Shown here: one piece after another, positions 58,679 through 64,000 of the stretch | Layout: each line of letters starts with the position of its first letter | Position numbering within the stretch: the first letter of the stretch is position 1 | NCBI GenBank assembly: GCA_043807135.1 | Contig: JAZDGF010000003.1 | Span: 72,621-136,620, forward strand | DNA from: Candidatus Levyibacteriota bacterium | Lineage (GTDB): Bacteria > Patescibacteriota > Microgenomatia > Levybacterales > UBA12049 | Direction: 5' to 3' | Length of the DNA: 64,000 nt | Translations under genes and position numbers: made by a program | Notes under the pieces: model-generated | What the model was told of the DNA's origin: nothing | The model's input: only the letters and a program-made list of their open reading frames with translations | Database searches by the model: none

Positions 58679-59617
58679 ATGAAAGCTTACGAAATTAAAG
58701 TAAAAGGGAAAGTATTAGATTACCGAATTGGTAAGGATTTAGATTTAAAAGAAGTAAGAAGATTTTTTGCTAAAAACTACAAAGTTAAAAGAATATGGCA
58801 GGAAAAAAGACATGTTGTCGGAATTTTAGAAAAAAATAGCATTGAATTGTTTTTAAAACTATCCCCAACAGAAGGAATCAGCGCTGTTACACAAATTGAA
58901 TATAATTGGAATGATCAGTTCAATAAATTAGTTTCTAGAAAGTCAAACTTCTGGGTTCCTAAAAATATTTATGAGGGATTTTACAAAAAAAATCTTTTTT
59001 ATTTAATTACAGATTATTTTAAAGGAGAATCTATTTCAGAAGTGCCGCATAAAGATAACAAAGGAAGAGATTTTAAGCAATATCTTTTGCCTATTATTGA
59101 ATTTTCCGAACTTATTCAAAATTTAGAAATAGGAGAACTTTCAGAGAAAGATAAAGAAAATCATAGCAAGTGGTTTTTAGAAAAAACAAAAGCTTGGTAT
59201 GAAGCTGTTCCCAAAAGCATTCTTGAAAAATATAAAGTAAATAATTTACTTGAAATCGTTGAGAATGGATATCTGAATTTAGAAAAAAAAACAAAACACG
59301 GTGATTTTACTCCATGGCACATGATTAAATTAAACGAGAAACGAATTGGCTTAATTGATGGCGAACATGCGATGAATAGTGGAACTGAGTATTATGATAC
59401 TGGATATTTAATCCAAAGAATATTTACCGTTCTAAAAGAACCCGATTTTGCAAAAGAGTTTTTTCAACTTTTACTAAAAAGAAACTATAATTTAGAAAAG
59501 CTTCAGGTTACCTTGGCTGCAAGAGCAATTGGTGGCTTTACTGATGAAGCAATAATTAGAGAAAAAGCAAATTACCTAAGAGCAAATAAATTCAAGAATT
59601 GGGTATTAAGTTTATAA
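58679..59617 (+). CDS. APH/choline-kinase-like phosphotransferase
   Basis: LFLKL, HGDFTPWH catalytic loop, LIDGE, YYD. Confidence 0.75.
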   Translation: MKAYEIKVKGKVLDYRIGKDLDLKEVRRFFAKNYKVKRIWQEKRHVVGILEKNSIELFLKLSPTEGISAVTQIEYNWNDQFNKLVSRKSNFWVPKNIYEGFYKKNLFYLITDYFKGESISEVPHKDNKGRDFKQYLLPIIEFSELIQNLEIGELSEKDKENHSKWFLEKTKAWYEAVPKSILEKYKVNNLLEIVENGYLNLEKKTKHGDFTPWHMIKLNEKRIGLIDGEHAMNSGTEYYDTGYLIQRIFTVLKEPDFAKEFFQLLLKRNYNLEKLQVTLAARAIGGFTDEAIIREKANYLRANKFKNWVLSL

Positions 59618-59618
59618 T

Positions 59619-60515
59619 TTAAAACCAGCTTTTCTTCTTGCTTCCTTCTCCTTCAAACTCTCTAAGAAGTTCCTTTTGTTGAGAGGTTAAATTTTTGGGA
59701 ATAACTACTTTTATTTTTACGTAATGATTTCCTTTTCCCGAACCACGCAAATGAGCAATTCCTTTTTGGGCTAGTCTAAAAACTGTTTCTGGTTGAGTAC
59801 CGGAAGGAATTCTTAATTTTACTTTTCCATCTACAGTTTCTACATCGATATTTCCTCCAAGCGTAGCTATTGCAAAAGATATTTCTTCTTCAGAAACAAT
59901 ATCTTGTCCTTGCCTATGAAAATGTGAATCAGGTTTTACCTTTACTAAAACATCGTAATCATTAAAACGAATTCTGGATCCATCATCTACGCCTGCGGGG
60001 ATTTTAATTTTTTGACTTTTATTTTCGATCCTAACCTGTTTTTCAACACCTTTAACTGCTTCCATAAAATTAATTGTTATGGAATAAATAGCTCTTCTTT
60101 GTCTTTGCGCGCCAAACGGGGAACCACCACCAAAAAACTCCCTAAAAATTTCAAAAGGGTCGGAAAAGCCACCAAAATCAAAATCATTGGCATTACTGTT
60201 TGAATAAGTATAGGTAAATGGCCCATATTGTCCACCTTGCTGCCCTGAAAAACCACCAAATCCTCCAAACGGTCCTTGACCGGTTGGTCCTCCTTGCTCA
60301 AAAGCAGCACTGCCAAACTGATCATAAGTTTGTCTTTTTTGCGGATCTGATAATGCCTCATATGCTTTACTTACCTCTTTAAATTTTAGCTCTGCTTCTT
60401 TTGTTCTATTTTTATCAGGATGATACTGAACTGCAAGTTTTCGATATGCTTTTTTAATTTCTTCTTGAGAAGCTGATTTATTTACTCCAAGAATTTTATA
60501 AAAATCTTTCTCCAT
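59619..60515 (-). CDS. dnaJ: DnaJ-family co-chaperone lacking zinc finger (class B, CbpA-like)
   Basis: J domain with HPD, G/F region, C-terminal domain, no CxxCxGxG repeats. Confidence 0.93.
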   Translation of the reverse strand: MEKDFYKILGVNKSASQEEIKKAYRKLAVQYHPDKNRTKEAELKFKEVSKAYEALSDPQKRQTYDQFGSAAFEQGGPTGQGPFGGFGGFSGQQGGQYGPFTYTYSNSNANDFDFGGFSDPFEIFREFFGGGSPFGAQRQRRAIYSITINFMEAVKGVEKQVRIENKSQKIKIPAGVDDGSRIRFNDYDVLVKVKPDSHFHRQGQDIVSEEEISFAIATLGGNIDVETVDGKVKLRIPSGTQPETVFRLAQKGIAHLRGSGKGNHYVKIKVVIPKNLTSQQKELLREFEGEGSKKKSWF

Positions 60516-60532
60516 AGGTTTAATTATATTAC

Positions 60533-60554
60533 AAAAGCGCGTTTGCCGCGCTTT
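60533..60554 (-). terminator. Terminator-like hairpin after dnaK
   Basis: AAAGCGCG-GCAAA-CGCGCTTTT on minus strand. Confidence 0.65.
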
Positions 60555-60580
60555 AAAAAATTAGATATATTTGATATCTA

Positions 60581-62482
60581 TTAATTAACTACTTCGCCTT
60601 CTACTGGCTCATCTGAACCCTTATCGTCTTTTTTTGCTTCCTCTTTAGACTCACTAGGCTCATCTTTTTTTGCTTCTTGTTCTGGCTGTTGCTTTTGATA
60701 CATTGCTTGTCCAACTTTTTGCAAAGAATCTGAAAGTTCTTTTGTTTTTGCTTCTAAGTCTTCTTTTGAACCTGTATCTAAAATTCCTTTAAGAGCTGAG
60801 ATTTTTTCTTCAATTTCTTTTTTGTCATCTTCTGAAACTTTATCTTTTGCATCACTTAAAGTTTTTTCTGCAGTAAAGATTAATGAATCTGCTGCATTTC
60901 TTGCTTCGACTTTTTCCTTTTTCTCAGCATCTTCCTTGGCATGAATTTCTGCTTCTTTAGTCATTTTTTCAACTTCATCAGGAGTAAGTCCTGTTGAGCC
61001 GGTAATTTTTATGCTTTGTTCTTTTCCGCTTGCTTTATCTTGAGCTTTTACATGCAAAATTCCGTTTGCATCAATATCAAAAGTCACTTCCACTTGTGGA
61101 ACACCACGCGGTGCAGGTGGAATTCCGTCAAGAATAAATCTGCCAAGCGACTTATTATCAGGAGCCATTGAACGCTCTCCTTGTAATACATTAATTTCAA
61201 CTTGAGTTTGATTATCAGCTGCTGTTGAAAATACTTGAGATTTAGAACTTGGAATAGTTGTATTTTTTGAAATAAGCGGTGTTGAAACATTTCCTAATGT
61301 TTCAATTCCAAGTGTTAAAGGAGTTACATCTAAGAGAAGCACGTCTTTTACTTCTCCTCCTAAAACTCCTCCTTGAATTGCAGCACCAACTGCAACAACT
61401 TCGTCAGGATTAACCGATTTATTAGGCTCTTTACCAAAGAATTTTGTAACTTTTTCAATAACTTTTGGCATTCTGGTCATTCCACCAACTAAAATAATCT
61501 CATCAACATCTGATGCTTTAATTTTTGCATCTTTCAAAGCAAGTTCAACCGGCTTTAAAGTTTTTTCAATTAAAGGTTCTACTATTTGCTCTAGTTTTGA
61601 GCGAGACAAACTCATTGTTAAATGAAGAGGACCGTTTTTTCCTTGAGTTATAAAAGGCTGATTAATTTGTGCCTCTTGAGAACTTGAAAGCTCAATCTTT
61701 GCTTTTTCAGCTGCTTCTCTTAATCTTTGCAGTGCTTGAGAATCTTTTTTTAAATCAACTCCGTTTTCTTTTTTGAATTCATCAGCCAGATAATCAATAA
61801 TTATCTTATCAAAATCGTCTCCTCCTAAGTGAGTATCACCATTTGTTGATTTTACTTCATAAACTCCATCACCAAGCTCTAAAATAGAAATATCAAACGT
61901 CCCGCCTCCTAAATCATAAACTGCAATTGTATGGGCATTTTTTTTATCAAGTCCATATGCAAGAGCTGCTGCTGTAGGTTCGTTAATAATTCTAAGGACT
62001 TCAAGTCCGGCAATTTCTCCAGCCTGTTTTGTTGCTTGTCTTTGAGAATCATCAAAATATGCAGGAACTGTAATTACTGCTTGAGTAATTTTTCCACCTA
62101 AATAGCTTTCTGCATCTGATTTTATTTTTTGAAGAATTTTTGCAGATATTTCCTGTGGAGTATATGTTCTTCCGTCTACTTCAACAACGACCATTCCATC
62201 ACGGCCTTCTTTTATGTTGTAGGGAAGCCATTCTTTATCATGCTTAACAGACTCATCTTTATATTTTTTACCCATCAACCTCTTAATTGAGAAGATCGTT
62301 GTTTTGGGTTTTAAAACAAGTTGTCTTTTTGCAACGTCACCGACAACATGTGAAACAGGATCGACAACCGAAGGAATTGTATTTTTCCCCTCTGCCGAAT
62401 GAATTACTTTAGGGCTTCCGCCTTCCATAACAGCAACACATGAATTTGTTGTACCTAAATCTATTCCAATTATTTTTCCCAT
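60581..62482 (-). CDS. dnaK: Chaperone DnaK
   Basis: [36 protein letters not shown]. Confidence 0.99.
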   Translation of the reverse strand: MGKIIGIDLGTTNSCVAVMEGGSPKVIHSAEGKNTIPSVVDPVSHVVGDVAKRQLVLKPKTTIFSIKRLMGKKYKDESVKHDKEWLPYNIKEGRDGMVVVEVDGRTYTPQEISAKILQKIKSDAESYLGGKITQAVITVPAYFDDSQRQATKQAGEIAGLEVLRIINEPTAAALAYGLDKKNAHTIAVYDLGGGTFDISILELGDGVYEVKSTNGDTHLGGDDFDKIIIDYLADEFKKENGVDLKKDSQALQRLREAAEKAKIELSSSQEAQINQPFITQGKNGPLHLTMSLSRSKLEQIVEPLIEKTLKPVELALKDAKIKASDVDEIILVGGMTRMPKVIEKVTKFFGKEPNKSVNPDEVVAVGAAIQGGVLGGEVKDVLLLDVTPLTLGIETLGNVSTPLISKNTTIPSSKSQVFSTAADNQTQVEINVLQGERSMAPDNKSLGRFILDGIPPAPRGVPQVEVTFDIDANGILHVKAQDKASGKEQSIKITGSTGLTPDEVEKMTKEAEIHAKEDAEKKEKVEARNAADSLIFTAEKTLSDAKDKVSEDDKKEIEEKISALKGILDTGSKEDLEAKTKELSDSLQKVGQAMYQKQQPEQEAKKDEPSESKEEAKKDDKGSDEPVEGEVVN

Positions 62483-62549
62483 ATTTTTCCTTTTTTTATA
62501 AAATTTAAAATGAAAAATCTAAATTTATTTAAACTTTTCGCTTTAAACT

Positions 62550-62996
62550 TTAGTTTAATTTTCCAACTATTACTTGTGCTGGTCGTAAAACTTTGTCATA
62601 TAAGATGTATCCTGATTTTACTTCCTCTATCACCTTTTCCTCTTCTCCTTCTATAGCTTGCACACATTCCATAAGTAACGGATCAAAATCTTTTCCTTTA
62701 GTTTCTATTTTCTCAACTCCCTCTTCTCTTAAAACATCCATGAAGGTCTTAATACTTAAAACTACTCCTTCATCCTTAGTATGCTTTTCCGCCAAAAGTA
62801 AGGCGTCAAGAGCGGGAAAAAGACGAAGCAATAATTCCTTATTAGCTAATTTTACCCATTTTGCCCTGTCTTCTGCAACCCTTTTTTCTAAATTTTTATA
62901 ATCTGCCAAAGAGCGTTTAAACTGGTTTTCAAGTTCTGCACAATTTTCTTCACATTTATTTTTTTTCTCTTCTTTCTCTTTTTTCTTTTTTGACAT
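62550..62996 (-). CDS. grpE: Nucleotide exchange factor GrpE
   Basis: RSLADYKNLEKR, FDPLLME, GY...VLRPAQVIV. Confidence 0.96.
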   Translation of the reverse strand: MSKKKKEKEEKKNKCEENCAELENQFKRSLADYKNLEKRVAEDRAKWVKLANKELLLRLFPALDALLLAEKHTKDEGVVLSIKTFMDVLREEGVEKIETKGKDFDPLLMECVQAIEGEEEKVIEEVKSGYILYDKVLRPAQVIVGKLN

Positions 62997-63004
62997 AATT
63001 TATA

Positions 63005-63736
63005 TTACCAGCCTTTTGCAATTTCCTCAATCAAATCTCCAAAATATCTAACTGTTGGAACAACATATGTATAATCAAGTCTTGTTGGTCCAATTACTCC
63101 TATTTCTCCGTTTAATCTCATTGGTGTTTGGTATTTTGTAAAAACAAAACCGTATGGTCCTTGAAGTTTTGGGCCTAATTCTTCACCAATCAGAACATGA
63201 ATCTCTTCGTCGTCTAAAACTTTTGAAAAAATATCTCTTAAATAGTCATTTTCGTCAATTACCGAAAAAAGGCATTTTGTAACATCAATATCAAAGAATT
63301 CTGGCATGTCTAAAATATTTGCATACCCTGAACAGAAAAATTCTCCTTCACTAGTAGTTATAACTGCTAATGCTTTCGTTCTTTCTGCAAGATTTTTGGT
63401 AAGCTCTTTTAAGAACTGCTTTTCCTTATCTCTTATGTCCCATACTTTTTCTTTAAGACCAATTTCATCTGCAACTGAAAGTTCTTTTTCTTTCATAAGC
63501 TGCTTCACGTAAAACTTCATTGCTTGTGGAGTTGGAACGCGTCCTGCTGAAATGTGTAATTTTTTAAGATAACCAAGTTCGGTTAACTTAACCATTTCAT
63601 TTCTAATCGTTGCAGGAGATGCAGACAAATTATGCTTTTTTTCCAAAGTCTCTGAACCAACAGCTTCTGCCGTATTAATATACTCCTCAATAAGATTTCT
63701 TAAAATCTCTACCTGTCTTTGTGTTAAGTCATGCAT
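63005..63736 (-). CDS. hrcA: Heat-inducible transcription repressor HrcA (short form)
   Basis: VGSETL, SPATIRNEM, HISAGRVPT, GVIGPTRLDY. Confidence 0.95.
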   Translation of the reverse strand: MHDLTQRQVEILRNLIEEYINTAEAVGSETLEKKHNLSASPATIRNEMVKLTELGYLKKLHISAGRVPTPQAMKFYVKQLMKEKELSVADEIGLKEKVWDIRDKEKQFLKELTKNLAERTKALAVITTSEGEFFCSGYANILDMPEFFDIDVTKCLFSVIDENDYLRDIFSKVLDDEEIHVLIGEELGPKLQGPYGFVFTKYQTPMRLNGEIGVIGPTRLDYTYVVPTVRYFGDLIEEIAKGW

Positions 63737-63759
63737 AATTCTTTACTCCAAGTACTAAT

Positions 63760-63796
63760 TTAGCAGTATGATAACATGACTGCCAATTTATGTCAA
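63760..63796 (-). promoter_or_regulatory. CIRCE operator overlapping the hrcA sigma70 promoter
   Basis: TTAGCAGTA-N9-GACTGCCAA (63760-63786) vs consensus TTAGCACTC-N9-GAGTGCTAA; minus strand TTGACA-N17-TATCAT. Confidence 0.88.
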
Positions 63797-63823
63797 GAGG
63801 TTTTTTTGTGCTAAACTTAATTC

Positions 63824-64000
63824 ATGCGAAGAAAAAGAAAGATAAAGTTGTTATTTATTAGTTTTATTTTCCTTTTTATATCTACCTATCTTGTCTATAG
63901 TTTTTCTCCTAATCAAAAACTTTCAGTACTTGGTTTCCAATTACCAAACGTCCCCTTGTTTCTCTTTTCACTTTTTTTATTCATGACTTCCCTTTTTGCT
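63824..64000 (+). CDS. Membrane protein, 5' part (runs off window)
   Basis: MRRKRKIKLLFISFIFLFISTYLVYSFSPNQKLSVLGFQLPNVPLFLFSLFLFMTSLFA, open to window end. Confidence 0.65.
   Translation, partial: MRRKRKIKLLFISFIFLFISTYLVYSFSPNQKLSVLGFQLPNVPLFLFSLFLFMTSLFA

Noticed and set aside
58679-59617. Aminoglycoside-resistance gene
   Set aside because: Only the generic APH/choline-kinase fold motifs are visible; substrate cannot be assigned
410-63512. Numerous 60-220 aa antisense or off-frame ORFs in the track (e.g. 3592-4173, 14843-15367, 25150-25803)
   Set aside because: They are shadows of well-supported genes and have no recognisable motifs
1-64000. Genetic code 25 (TGA=Gly) as in Gracilibacteria/Absconditabacteria
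   Set aside because: Conserved genes are full-length under code 11, and TGA ends rplX and rplB at the expected positions

Overview
AT-rich bacterial core-genome window, mostly on the minus strand. It is most consistent with Patescibacteria (CPR), probably Microgenomatia, inferred from short AlaRS, IF2 and L2, a sortase, a VirB2-like pilin, an archaeal-type AMP phosphorylase and tight gene packing. It holds the spc/S10 ribosomal protein operons, a split str operon (rpsL-rpsG-fusA-maf-small ORFs-tuf), rpoBC, alaS, an envelope cluster, ftsK-rodZ, nusA-infB-rpsO-pnp-rnj and hrcA-grpE-dnaK-dnaJ with a CIRCE operator. No rRNA, tRNA, CRISPR array or transposase was seen. Best candidates for new biology: (1) a 12-kb locus joining a VirB2-like pilin, a VirB6-like membrane protein, exported proteins and two atypical Clp AAA+ ATPases, one membrane-anchored and half-inactivated; (2) a protease-less Lon AAA+ module between PNPase and RNase J; (3) a degenerate actin-fold/TM/baseplate-J-like protein coupled to a sortase; (4) about 13 genes with a -10 box 6-7 nt before the start codon (leaderless mRNAs), versus hairpin+U-tract leaders on translation genes; (5) six 10-bp tandem repeats covering the promoter of a Fic-wHTH gene. 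All family calls come from motif recognition by eye, not database searches.
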